Assembly: GCA_965221125.1 (NCBI GenBank)
Contig: CBDCRW010000005.1
Location: 192,001 to 256,000, forward strand
Direction: 5' to 3'
Length of the DNA: 64,000 nucleotides
Source of the DNA: Alphaproteobacteria bacterium
GTDB lineage: Bacteria > Pseudomonadota > Alphaproteobacteria > UBA828
The notes beneath the pieces were generated by a model that saw only the letters and a list, made by a program, of their open reading frames with translations, searched no databases and was not told the origin of the DNA. A program made the translations under genes and the position numbers. Positions 19,304-28,849 of the stretch are shown here, piece by piece (position 1 is the first letter of the stretch; each line of letters starts with the position of its first letter).

Positions 19304-20563
19304 TCAGGCGCCCTCGCGGGCTTCACCTTCCTCGCGGGTGGCGAGGGCCACCATCGCGTTGAGCAGCACGTCGCAGCCGGCGGCCACGTCGGCCTGGGTC
19401 GCGGCCTCGATCTCGTTGTGGCTGATGCCGTCCTCGCAGGGGATGAAGATCATGCCGGTGGGTGCGACGCGCGAGACGTAGACCGCGTCGTGGCCCGCGC
19501 CCGAGGTGATCGGCTTGTTCGCGTAGCCGAGAGACTCCGCCGCCTCCTGCACGGCGCCGACGCAGTCGCGCGCGAACTTCACCGGCGGCGAGTGCCAGAT
19601 CTCGTCGACCGTGATCTCCAGCTTGCGCTCGGCGGCGATCTCGTCGGCCTGGCGGCGAGCCTCCAGGGTCATCGCGGCCAGCGTGTCGGCGTCGGGGTGG
19701 CGCAGGTCGATGGAGAAGTAGACCGAGCCCGGAATGACGTTGCGCGAGTTCGGGCTCACCCGCATGACGCCGACGGTCGAGCGGGCGTCCGGCGCGTTGT
19801 CGAGCGCGAGCTGGTCGATCGCGGCGACGAGCCTGGCGGCGCCGACGAGCGCGTCCCTGCGGCGCTCCATCGGCGTCGTGCCAGCGTGGGATTCCATCCC
19901 CGTCACGGTCACGTCGAACCAACTGATGCCCTGCACCCCTTGCACGATGCCGATGGTCTTCTCTTCCGCCTCGAGGATCGGCCCCTGCTCGATGTGGGCC
20001 TCGAAGAAGGCGCCCACGGCGCGCCCGCCGCATTCCATCTCGCCGGCGTAGCCGATGCGCTCAAGCTCCTCGCCGATGGTCTTGCCGTCGACGTCCGCGC
20101 ACGCCAGGCCTTCCTCCAGCGTGAAGACGCCGCCGAAGACGCCGGACGCCACCATGGCCGGCGCGAAGCGCGAGCCTTCCTCGTTGGTCCAGGCCGAGAC
20201 CTCGATGGGGGCGTCGGTCTCGTAGCCGAGGTCGTTCAAGGTGCGGATCACCTCCAGGCCCGCGAGCACGCCGTAGATGCCGTCGAACTTGCCGCCGGTC
20301 GGCTGGCTGTCGATGTGGCTGCCAGTCATCACCGGCGGCAGCGAATCGTCCCTGCCGGCGCGGCGCGCAAAGATGTTGCCCATCCTGTCGACGCTCACGC
20401 TGCAGCCGGCCTCCTCGCACCACTGGACGAAGAGGTCGCGCGCCGCCTTGTCCACGTCGGTGAGCGCGAGCCGGCAGACGCCGCCCTTCTCCGTCGCGCC
20501 GATCTTCGCCATCTCCATGAGGCTCGCCCACAGGCGATCGCCGTCCACCTTGAAGTTCCGCAC
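19304..20563 (-). CDS. M20 Zn-dependent hydrolase (N-carbamoyl-amino acid / beta-ureidopropionate amidohydrolase)
   Basis: GSHIDSQPTGGKFDG, NEEGSRF, EAHIEQGP, SGAGHDA. Confidence 0.92.
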   Translation of the reverse strand: MRNFKVDGDRLWASLMEMAKIGATEKGGVCRLALTDVDKAARDLFVQWCEEAGCSVSVDRMGNIFARRAGRDDSLPPVMTGSHIDSQPTGGKFDGIYGVLAGLEVIRTLNDLGYETDAPIEVSAWTNEEGSRFAPAMVASGVFGGVFTLEEGLACADVDGKTIGEELERIGYAGEMECGGRAVGAFFEAHIEQGPILEAEEKTIGIVQGVQGISWFDVTVTGMESHAGTTPMERRRDALVGAARLVAAIDQLALDNAPDARSTVGVMRVSPNSRNVIPGSVYFSIDLRHPDADTLAAMTLEARRQADEIAAERKLEITVDEIWHSPPVKFARDCVGAVQEAAESLGYANKPITSGAGHDAVYVSRVAPTGMIFIPCEDGISHNEIEAATQADVAAGCDVLLNAMVALATREEGEAREGA

Positions 20564-20644
20564 CGTCCCGCTCCGTCGCTGTCGTAAGCCCCAGGGTGTC
20601 TATTATAGAGCGCGCCCGCGATCGCAAGGGGAGAGCGCCGCGCC

Positions 20645-21169
20645 ATGCCCGCGACGATCCTGCCGGATGTATTGCCCGACGTGCTGCCCGATGTGCTGGG
20701 GCCGGAGCTGCACATCGTCTTCTGCGGCTCGGCGGCGGGCGCGGCCTCGGCGCGGGCGGGCGCCTACTATGCCGGGCCCGGCAACCGCTTCTGGCCGACG
20801 CTCCACAGCGTCGGCCTCACGCCCCGCCTGCTGGCGCCGGCCGAGTTTCGCACCGCACTCCGCTACGGCATCGGCCTCACCGACCTCTGCAAGACGGAAT
20901 CCGGGGCGGACTCCGGCCTCTCGGCGCAAGCCGACGATGCGGCGGCGCTCGCAGCCAAGATCGCGCGCCACCGGCCTACCGTGCTCGCCTTCAACGGCAA
21001 GCGGGCGGCGCGCGTCTTCCTGGATGCGGAACGCCTCGCCTACGGCGAGCAGCCGCGGCGCATCGGCGAGACCGCGATCCACGTGCTGCCGTCGACCTCC
21101 GGCGCGGCGCGGCGCTGGTGGGACGAGGCGTTCTGGCGCAGAGTCGCGGACGCCGCGCGCGCGGAATGA
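20645..21169 (+). CDS. mug: Mismatch-specific uracil-DNA glycosylase family
   Basis: YAGPGNRFW, GIGLTDL, FNGK, VLPSTSGAA. Confidence 0.85.
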   Translation: MPATILPDVLPDVLPDVLGPELHIVFCGSAAGAASARAGAYYAGPGNRFWPTLHSVGLTPRLLAPAEFRTALRYGIGLTDLCKTESGADSGLSAQADDAAALAAKIARHRPTVLAFNGKRAARVFLDAERLAYGEQPRRIGETAIHVLPSTSGAARRWWDEAFWRRVADAARAE

Positions 21170-21180
21170 CGGAGGGAGCC

Positions 21181-22863
21181 ATGGCGATCGGCAGCGAGAC
21201 CATCAGGCGGTTGAACGAGGAATGCCAGCGCATCCCGCTCACGGACGAGCGGGCGGCCGAGCTTCCCGTCGAGCTGGGTCAGCTTCATGCGGCGGTCGAG
21301 GCCGCGCGGCCCGACCACGACTTCGACCGGCTGCCGGCTGCCTTCGAGCAGGCGCTGCACGCGCTGCGGGCCGAGGACGACGCGCAGGCGGACGCCGGCA
21401 CTGGCGCCGCGAATGGCGTGGGCACGAGCGCGGCCGGCGACGGCGGCGAGATCGCGGCGCTCAGCCTCTGCGAGGCGGCGGATGCGGTGGCGGGCGGCGA
21501 TCTCTCCGCCACCGACCTGGTGGAAGCCGCGCTCGCGCGCATCGACCGGCTGGATCCCGAGCTTCACGCCTTCGTCCGCCTGGAGGCTGAGGACGCGCTG
21601 GCCCGGGCGCAGGCGATGGACCGCAACCGGGGCTGCGGCGAGGCTGTTGGCCCGCTCGCCGGCGTGCCCATGGCGCACAAGGACATGTACTACCGCGCCG
21701 GCAAGGATTCCGGATGCGGCTCCCGCATCAGGCGGGATTTTCGGCCGGCCGCGACCGCCACCGTGCTGGAGCGCCTGGACAGGGCCGGCGCCATCGACCT
21801 GGGCGGCCTCGCCATGGTCGAGTTCGCCATGGGCCCCCACGGCTTCAACGCCCACCTGCCGCGCTGCCGCAACGCCTGGGATTTCGAGCGCATCCCCTGC
21901 GGCTCGTCGTCCGGCTCGGGCACGGCGGTGGCCGGCCGCCTCGTCTACGCCGCGCTGGGCTCGGACACCGGCGGCTCCATCCGCTGCCCGGCGGCGGCCA
22001 ACGGCATCGCCGGCATCAACCCGACGATGGGGCGCGTCAGCCGCTTCGGCTGCATGCCGATGTCGTGGTCGCTCGACGTGATGGGGCCGCTCGCGCGCAC
22101 GGTGCGGGACTGCGCCCGCGTGCTCGGCGCGATCGCAGGCGCGGACGAGAACGACGCCACCACGAGCCCGGTGCCGGTGCCGGACTACGAGGCGACCATC
22201 GAGCGGAGCGTGCGGGGCCTGCGCATCGGCATTCCTGCCGGCTACTTCGACGAGGACCTCGACCCGGACGTGGCCGCCGTGATCGAGGCCACGCACGCGG
22301 TGTTCGCGGATCTCGGCGCGACGCTCGTGCCGGTGGCCATGCCGGCGCTGCTCGACACCGTGTCCGCGATCCACCCGCTGCTGATGAAGGTCGAGGGCGC
22401 GGCCAATCACCTGCCGTGGAAGCGCGCGCATGACGCGGACTACTCCGACGAGGTGGGCAAGCGCCTGCAGGCGGGCTTCTTCATCCCCGCGACCGACTAC
22501 GTCAACGCGCTGCAGTACCGCGCGCACGCGCTCCGCGTCTTCGCCGACGACGTGTTCGGCGCCTGCGACGCGCTGCTGGCCCCGGTGCTGCCGATGCCGA
22601 CGCCCTCGCTCGCGGACACCGCCTACCGCGACGGCCCCGCCTACTTGCGGATGGTGGTGGGGCTCACGCGCAACACGCGCGTGGTCAACTACCTCGGCCT
22701 GCCGGCGCTGAGCGTGACCTGCGGCTTTACGCCGGACGGCATGCCGACCTCGTTCCAGCTCATCAGCCGGCCCTTTGCCGAGGCTCTGCTCTTCCGCCTC
22801 GGCCACCAGTACCAGCGCGAGACGGACTGGCACCGGCGCTGGCCCGCCGCGCTGCCGGCCTGA
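21181..22863 (+). CDS. Amidase-signature family amidase with N-terminal extension
   Basis: GVPMAHKD, CGSSSGSG, GSDTGGSIRCPA; RBS GGAGGG before ATG 21181. Confidence 0.9.
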   Translation: MAIGSETIRRLNEECQRIPLTDERAAELPVELGQLHAAVEAARPDHDFDRLPAAFEQALHALRAEDDAQADAGTGAANGVGTSAAGDGGEIAALSLCEAADAVAGGDLSATDLVEAALARIDRLDPELHAFVRLEAEDALARAQAMDRNRGCGEAVGPLAGVPMAHKDMYYRAGKDSGCGSRIRRDFRPAATATVLERLDRAGAIDLGGLAMVEFAMGPHGFNAHLPRCRNAWDFERIPCGSSSGSGTAVAGRLVYAALGSDTGGSIRCPAAANGIAGINPTMGRVSRFGCMPMSWSLDVMGPLARTVRDCARVLGAIAGADENDATTSPVPVPDYEATIERSVRGLRIGIPAGYFDEDLDPDVAAVIEATHAVFADLGATLVPVAMPALLDTVSAIHPLLMKVEGAANHLPWKRAHDADYSDEVGKRLQAGFFIPATDYVNALQYRAHALRVFADDVFGACDALLAPVLPMPTPSLADTAYRDGPAYLRMVVGLTRNTRVVNYLGLPALSVTCGFTPDGMPTSFQLISRPFAEALLFRLGHQYQRETDWHRRWPAALPA

Positions 22864-22888
22864 GCGGCGGGGGCGCAGCCGGGGCGCG

Positions 22889-23764
22889 ATGCGGCGGCGG
22901 CGCGCGATCGATAGGGCCGGCTGGGGGCGCACGGCGCTCTGCGCCGTCGTCGGCTTCGTCTACTTCCTGCCCGTGCTCTGGATCGTGCTGACCGCATTCA
23001 AGAGCCCGCGCGACATCCTCTCGTCCACGCTGGTCTTCACGCCCACCCTCGACAATTTCGCCAACATTTTTGCGCGCGTGCACTACGAGGGCGGCGCGTC
23101 GGTCGAGACCGGGTTCGAGCTCTACTTCGTGAACAGCATCGTGATCTCGGGCGCGAGCGTGGGGCTGGCGCTGATCCTCGGCACGGGCGCGGCCTACGGC
23201 TTCTCGCGCTGGCCGCTCAGAGGCAACGACACCTACCTGCTCGTGGTGCTGACCGCGCGGATGCTGCCGCCGATCGTCCTCATCATCCCGCTCTTCGTGA
23301 TCTTCCGCATGACCGGGCTCGCCGGCAGCTACCTCGGCATCATCCTGCTCTACACCGCCTTCAACCTGCCGTTCGCCATCTGGATGATGAAGAGTTTTTT
23401 CGACGACCTGCCGCGCGAGGTGGAGGACGCGGCCAGGACCGACGGCAGCGCGGAGTGGCGGGTGTTCTGCCGCGTCTGCCTGCCGCAGGTGAAGGCCGGC
23501 CTCGCCGCGACCGCGACGCTCGGCCTGATCCTCACCTGGAACGAGTTCCTGATGGCGTTGATGCTGACGGGGCCCGAGACGCGGACCGTGCCGGTCGGCA
23601 TCGGCGGCAGCCTCGGCACGGGCATCGGCGTGGACTGGGGCCGGCTCGCGGCGATCGAGACGCTGTTCCTGATCCCGGTGGTGGTGGTGACCTTCGTCCT
23701 GCAGAACCAGCTCCTGCGGGGCGTGACCTTCGGCACCATCACCCACGGCCGCCGCGGGCGGTAG
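22889..23764 (+). CDS. Carbohydrate ABC permease (no partner subunits adjacent)
   Basis: EVEDAARTDG EAA loop, WNEFL. Confidence 0.85.
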   Translation: MRRRRAIDRAGWGRTALCAVVGFVYFLPVLWIVLTAFKSPRDILSSTLVFTPTLDNFANIFARVHYEGGASVETGFELYFVNSIVISGASVGLALILGTGAAYGFSRWPLRGNDTYLLVVLTARMLPPIVLIIPLFVIFRMTGLAGSYLGIILLYTAFNLPFAIWMMKSFFDDLPREVEDAARTDGSAEWRVFCRVCLPQVKAGLAATATLGLILTWNEFLMALMLTGPETRTVPVGIGGSLGTGIGVDWGRLAAIETLFLIPVVVVTFVLQNQLLRGVTFGTITHGRRGR

Positions 23765-23774
23765 GGCGCCATCG

Positions 23775-23902
23775 CCCCCACCTCACCCCGGCCCTCTCCT
23801 CCCCCGAGGGGAGGAGAGGGAGACAAGGCCGGTGCGGCCAGCGTTCCCCCTCCGCCCTCCGGGGGGAGGGGGACAGGGGGAGGGGGACAGGGGGAGGTGG
23901 GA
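23775..23902. repeat. REP/RIME-like palindromic intergenic repeat, copy 1
   Basis: CCCCCACCTCACCCCGGCCCTCTCCTCCCC...GGGGAGGAGAGGG...GGGGACAGGGGGAGGTGGGA; inverted copy at 57498-57613. Confidence 0.8.
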
Positions 23903-23925
23903 AAACTCGGTGTCCCGCCGGAGTC

Positions 23926-24795
23926 CTACGGCTGCCGGGCGCAGTGCCGGTAGGTCTCGGGGCGGCGGTCGCGGAAGAACTGCCACGTGTCGCGGACCTC
24001 GCGGATCTGGTCGAGGTCGAGCGCGGCCACAACCAGCTCGTCGTCCTCATCGCCGCCTTGCGCCAGGATCTCGCCGCGCGGGTTGCAAAAATAGCTCGAG
24101 CCGTAGAACACGTGGTTGCCGAGGCTGGGCTCGGTGCCGACGCGGTTGTTGGTGCCGATGAAGATGCCGTTGGCGATGGCGGCGCCCACCTGCTCCAGGT
24201 TCCAGATGTGATCGCTCACGCCCCGGAAGGTCGCCGACGGGTTGAAAACCAGCTCCGCGCCCCCCAGCGCGAGGGCGCGCCAGCCCTCGGGGAAGTGGCG
24301 GTCGTAGCAGATGTAGACGCCGACCTTGCCCACGGCCGTGTCGAACACCGGGTAGCCGAGGTCGCCGTCGGCGAAGTAGTGCTTCTCGTCGAAGCCGTCG
24401 ATCTTGGGGATGTGGATCTTGCGGAACTTGCCGAGGTAGCTGCCGTCCGCATCGATCACCGCGGCGCAGTTGTAGAGCGTGCCGCTGCGGTCGCGCTCGT
24501 AGACCGGCGAGACGATGACCATGCCGTGTTTTTTGGCCTCTGCGCACATCGCCTGGGTGGTGGGCCCGTCCGGCACCGCCTCGGCGGATTCGAACCACCT
24601 GTCGTTGATGGTGGCGGGGAAGTAGGGCGCGTTGAAAACCTCCTGCAGGCCGAGGACGTGGACGCCCTGCCGCGCCGCCTCCTCGATCAGCGGCAGGTGG
24701 GCCGCGATCATGTTGTCGCGGATGGTCTCGATGGAATCGGTGGCGGGGTCCCCCTTCAGGTTCATCTGGATGAGGGCCGCCTTGACCTTGCGCAT
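23926..24795 (-). CDS. Nitrilase-superfamily C-N hydrolase (beta-ureidopropionase-like), paralog 2
   Basis: LQE, FRKIHIP, ICYDRHFPEG catalytic E-K-C. Confidence 0.9.
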   Translation of the reverse strand: MRKVKAALIQMNLKGDPATDSIETIRDNMIAAHLPLIEEAARQGVHVLGLQEVFNAPYFPATINDRWFESAEAVPDGPTTQAMCAEAKKHGMVIVSPVYERDRSGTLYNCAAVIDADGSYLGKFRKIHIPKIDGFDEKHYFADGDLGYPVFDTAVGKVGVYICYDRHFPEGWRALALGGAELVFNPSATFRGVSDHIWNLEQVGAAIANGIFIGTNNRVGTEPSLGNHVFYGSSYFCNPRGEILAQGGDEDDELVVAALDLDQIREVRDTWQFFRDRRPETYRHCARQP

Positions 24796-24821
24796 CGCCG
24801 GGCCTCCTCTCGCTCGCCCGC

Positions 24822-25694
24822 TCAGACCTGCCAGGACGCGACGGCGCCGTAGGTATCGGGCCGGCGGTCGCGGTAAAAATTCCACGCGTCCCGCACCTCG
24901 CCGATCATGGCGAGGTCGAGATGGGCGGTGACCAGCGCGTCCTTGTCGTCCGGCCCCTGGCTCAGGATTTCGCCGCGCGGATTGCAAAAATAGCTGGAGC
25001 CGTAGAAGTGGCCGTTGTTCCACGGCGGCTCCATACCCACCCGGTTGTTGGCGCCGATGTAGACGCAGTTCGCGACCGCCGCCGCCGGCTGCTCCAGGGT
25101 CCAGAGGTGGTCGCTCAAGCCCCGCACGGTGGCGGACGGGTTGAAGATCACCTCGGCGCCGTTCATGGCGAGCTCGCGCCAGCCCTCGGGGAAGTGCCGG
25201 TCGTAGCAGATGTAGACGCCGACCTTGCAGAACGCGGTCTCGAACACCGGATAGCCGATGTCGCCGGGCTTGAAGTAGAACTTCTCGCAGAAGCCCACGA
25301 CGTGGGGGATGTGGATCTTGCGGAACTTGCCGAGGTAGCGCCCGTCCGCGTCGATCACCGCGGCGGTGTTGTAGTAGACGCCGGTCTGGGCCTCCTCGTA
25401 GACTGGCACCACCAGCGCCATGCCGAGGCGGGCGGCCTCCGCCCGCATCCGCTGCACCGTGGGCCCGTCGGGCACGCGCTCGGTGGCGCGGTACCAGCGC
25501 CTGTCCTGCTCGGCGCCGACGTAGGGCAGGTTGAAGAGCTCCTGGAGGCCCAGCACCTGCACGCCCTCCTGCGCCGCCTGCTCGATCAGCGGCAGGTGGG
25601 CGGCGATCATCTTCTCGCTGATCTGCTCGGGCGTGTCGCTTTCCACGTCGCCCTTGAGGCTCATCTGTATGAGCCCGGCCTTCACCACCGCCAT
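24822..25694 (-). CDS. Nitrilase-superfamily C-N hydrolase (beta-ureidopropionase-like), paralog 1
   Basis: LQELF, FRKIHIP, EKFYFKPG, ICYDRHFPEG. Confidence 0.92.
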   Translation of the reverse strand: MAVVKAGLIQMSLKGDVESDTPEQISEKMIAAHLPLIEQAAQEGVQVLGLQELFNLPYVGAEQDRRWYRATERVPDGPTVQRMRAEAARLGMALVVPVYEEAQTGVYYNTAAVIDADGRYLGKFRKIHIPHVVGFCEKFYFKPGDIGYPVFETAFCKVGVYICYDRHFPEGWRELAMNGAEVIFNPSATVRGLSDHLWTLEQPAAAVANCVYIGANNRVGMEPPWNNGHFYGSSYFCNPRGEILSQGPDDKDALVTAHLDLAMIGEVRDAWNFYRDRRPDTYGAVASWQV

Positions 25695-25783
25695 TGCCGC
25701 AACTCCCCTGCCGTCACCGAAGCCGGCAGCCTAGCCCGGAAGTCTCGCCGATGTCATGGCTTGCAGGGCATTGCCCGGCCGAC

Positions 25784-25811
25784 TTGAAGCGTTCCCCATT
25801 TGTGGTACACT
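25784..25811 (+). promoter_or_regulatory. Sigma70-like promoter of the antitoxin gene
   Basis: TTGAAG-16 nt-TACACT with an extended -10 TG. Confidence 0.5.
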
Positions 25812-25833
25812 CGGGCGCAAGAGGAGAGAGCCC

Positions 25834-26091
25834 ATGGCCAAGACGGAAATGATCCGTGCCCGCGTCGAGCCCGCGCTGAAGCACGAGGCCGAAGCGGTAT
25901 TCTCCCAGCTCGGGCTTTCGGCGACCGAGGCGATCACGCTGTTCTACAAGCAGGTGACGTTGCAGCACGGCCTGCCCTTCGCGGTGAAGCTCCCCAACAC
26001 CGAGACGCTCGAGGCGCTGCGGCAGGCCCGCGAGGACGAGTCTCTTACCGAGTACGACGGTGTGGAGGACCTGAAGGCCGCGCACCGCTGA
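25834..26091 (+). CDS. RelB/DinJ-family antitoxin (orphan)
   Basis: IRARVEPALK.EA..VF.QLGLS..EAI.LFY.QV....GLPF.V..PN.ET. Confidence 0.9.
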   Translation: MAKTEMIRARVEPALKHEAEAVFSQLGLSATEAITLFYKQVTLQHGLPFAVKLPNTETLEALRQAREDESLTEYDGVEDLKAAHR

Positions 26092-26112
26092 TCGGCACGG
26101 CCCCAGTCCCCG

Positions 26113-27612
26113 CTACGACATCATCGGGAAGGAGAGGTCGATGCCGGAGCGGATGCCGGTGGGCCAGCGCGAGGTCACGGTCTTGAGCTTGGTGTAGAAG
26201 CGCACGCCCTCCATGCCGTGCATGGCGTGGTCGCCGAAAAGCGAGCGCTTCCAGCCGCCGAAGCTGTGGTAGGCGACCGGCACGGGGATCGGCACGTTCA
26301 CGCCCACCATGCCGATCTCGACCCTGTTCGCGAACTCGCGCGCGGCGTCGCCGTCGCGCGTGAAGATCGCGACCCCGTTGCCGAACTCGTGCTCGTTGAC
26401 CATCTGCACCGCCGCGTCGTAGTCGGGCGCGCGGACCACGGAAAGCACCGGCCCGAAAATCTCCTCCTTGTAGATGCGCATGTCGGGTGTCACGCGGTCG
26501 AACAGGCACGGCCCGATGAAATAGCCGTTCTCGTAGCCCTGCAGCGAGAGGCCGCGGCCGTCCACCACCAGCTCCGCGCCTTCCTCCACGCCGAGGTCGA
26601 CGTAGCCCCGCACCTTGTCGAAGTGTGCCTTGGTCACCAGCGGCCCCATGTCGGCCTCGCCGTCGGTGCCGGGGCCGACCTTGATGCTGTCGATCTTGGG
26701 CTTGAGGTCCTCGATCAGCGCATCGCCCACCTTGTCGCCGATGGCGACCGCGACCGAGACGGCCATGCAGCGCTCGCCGGCGGAGCCGTAGGCCGCGCCG
26801 ATGAGGGCGTCCGACGCCATCGTGAGGTCGGCGTCGGGCATGACCACCGCGTGGTTCTTGGCGCCGCCCAGCGCCTGCACCCGCTTACCGTGGGCGCAGC
26901 CGGTGTGGTAGACGTACTCGGCGATGGGGGTGGAGCCGACGAAGCTCACCGCCGCGATGTCGGGATGCGCGAGGATCGCGTCCACCGCCTCCTTGTCGCC
27001 GTGGACGACGTTGAAGACGCCGTCGGGGCAGCCGGCCTCCTTCAGCCATTCGGCCATCATGATCGTGGCCGTGGGGTCCTTCTCCGACGGCTTCAGGATG
27101 AAGGTGTTGCCGCAGGCGATGGCCACCGGGAACATCCACATCGGCACCATGGCCGGGAAGTTGAAGGGCGTGATGCCGGCGACGACGCCGAGCGGCTGAC
27201 GGCTGGAGAAGCTGTCGACGCCGGTGCCGACCGACTGCGTGAAGTCGCCCCGCAGCAGGTGCGGGATGCCGCAGGCGAACTCCAGCACCTCGATGCCGCG
27301 GCTGACCGAGCCCATCGCGTCGGACAGCACCTTGCCGTGCTCGCGCGTCACCACCTCGGCCAGCTCCTGCTTGCGGCTCTCGACCAGCTCCTTGAAGGCG
27401 AAGATCACGCGCGCCCGCTGGATGGGGGGCGTCGCGGCCCAGCCGGGCGCGGCGTCGGCCGCAGCCTGCACGGCATCGTCCACCTCGGCGGACGACGCGA
27501 AGGGCACGCTGGCGATCACCTCGCCGGAAGCCGGGTTGTAGACGTCGCCGAAGCGCTCGGACGCGCCGGCCTGGGCGGCGCCGTTGATCCAGTGAGAGAG
27601 CGTTGCAGTCAT
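26113..27612 (-). CDS. mmsA: CoA-acylating (methyl)malonate-semialdehyde dehydrogenase
   Basis: ITPFNFPAMVP, GGAKNH, GSAGERCMA, EEIFGPV. Confidence 0.93.
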   Translation of the reverse strand: MTATLSHWINGAAQAGASERFGDVYNPASGEVIASVPFASSAEVDDAVQAAADAAPGWAATPPIQRARVIFAFKELVESRKQELAEVVTREHGKVLSDAMGSVSRGIEVLEFACGIPHLLRGDFTQSVGTGVDSFSSRQPLGVVAGITPFNFPAMVPMWMFPVAIACGNTFILKPSEKDPTATIMMAEWLKEAGCPDGVFNVVHGDKEAVDAILAHPDIAAVSFVGSTPIAEYVYHTGCAHGKRVQALGGAKNHAVVMPDADLTMASDALIGAAYGSAGERCMAVSVAVAIGDKVGDALIEDLKPKIDSIKVGPGTDGEADMGPLVTKAHFDKVRGYVDLGVEEGAELVVDGRGLSLQGYENGYFIGPCLFDRVTPDMRIYKEEIFGPVLSVVRAPDYDAAVQMVNEHEFGNGVAIFTRDGDAAREFANRVEIGMVGVNVPIPVPVAYHSFGGWKRSLFGDHAMHGMEGVRFYTKLKTVTSRWPTGIRSGIDLSFPMMS

Positions 27613-27649
27613 CGTGGTCCCCCGGTGTCCGTCGGTTCGATTCTTAGGG

Positions 27650-28768
27650 TCAGGCAGCAAGCGCCTGATCCGGCGCGAGGTAGTCGTGGCCGAGATCGAG
27701 CGCCACCGCCTCGTGGGTCACCTGCCCGCGGCAGACGTTGAGGCCCTGCATGAGGTGGGCATCGTCGCGCATGGCCTGGCGCCAGCCGCGCCCTGCGAGC
27801 GCGAGCACGAAGGGCAGGGTCGCGTTGCTGAGCGCGAAGGTCGACGTCCGCGCCACGGCGCCCGGCATGTTGGTGACGCAGTAGTGCAGGACGTTGGCGA
27901 CCTTGTAGGTGGGCTCGGCATGGGTCGTGGGCCGGCTGGTCTCGAAGCAGCCCCCCTGGTCGATCGCCACGTCGACCACCACGGCGTTGCGCCGCATGTC
28001 GGCCAGCATGTCGCGGCGCACGAGCTTGGGCGCGGCGGCGCCGGCGACGAGCACCGCGCCGATCACCAGGTCGGCGCTCTGCACCGCGCCTTCGATGGTA
28101 TGGACGGTCGAGAAGAGGGTCGTGGCGCTGGCGCCGAAAATCTCGTCGAGCTGGCGAAGCCTGGGGATCGAGCGGTCGATGATGGTGACGTTGGCGCCCA
28201 TGCCGACGGCCATGCGCGCAGCGTGGGTGCCCACCACCCCGCCGCCGAGCACCACCACGTCGGCGGGCGGCACGCCGGGGACCCCGCCGAGGAGGACGCC
28301 GCGCCCGCCCTGCTCCTTCTCGAGGCAATGAGCGCCGGCCTGGATCGACATGCGGCCTGCGACCTCGCTCATGGGCGCCAGCAGCGGCAGGCCGCCGCGG
28401 CTGTCGGTCACGGTCTCGTAGGCGATGGCGATGCAGCCGGACTCGATCAGGGCGCTGGTCTGGGCGGCGTCGGCCGCGAGGTGGAGATAGGTGAACAGCA
28501 CCTGATCGCCCCGCAGCATGGCGCACTCGGCCGGCTGGGGCTCCTTCACCTTCACGATCATCTCGGCCGTGCCGAAGATGTCCTCCACCTCGGCCACCAC
28601 CTGGGCGCCGGCGCGCTCGTAATGCGCGTCGAGCAGGCCGATCTCCGTGCCGGCGTCCTTCTCCACCATGACCCGGTGGCCGTGCTGCACGAGCTCGCGC
28701 ACGCCGGCGGGCGGAATGCCGACGCGGTACTCGTGAACCTTGGTTTCCTTGGGAACGCCGATCAGCAT
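27650..28768 (-). CDS. ald: Alanine dehydrogenase
   Basis: [41 protein letters not shown]. Confidence 0.95.
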   Translation of the reverse strand: MLIGVPKETKVHEYRVGIPPAGVRELVQHGHRVMVEKDAGTEIGLLDAHYERAGAQVVAEVEDIFGTAEMIVKVKEPQPAECAMLRGDQVLFTYLHLAADAAQTSALIESGCIAIAYETVTDSRGGLPLLAPMSEVAGRMSIQAGAHCLEKEQGGRGVLLGGVPGVPPADVVVLGGGVVGTHAARMAVGMGANVTIIDRSIPRLRQLDEIFGASATTLFSTVHTIEGAVQSADLVIGAVLVAGAAAPKLVRRDMLADMRRNAVVVDVAIDQGGCFETSRPTTHAEPTYKVANVLHYCVTNMPGAVARTSTFALSNATLPFVLALAGRGWRQAMRDDAHLMQGLNVCRGQVTHEAVALDLGHDYLAPDQALAA

Positions 28769-28849
28769 GGCCGTTCTTTCCCCGATTGGCGATTTAACCC
28801 GCTGCGGCCGGCAAGGCGGCCGGCGCAGCGCGGCTTCTGTGGCCGGCGT

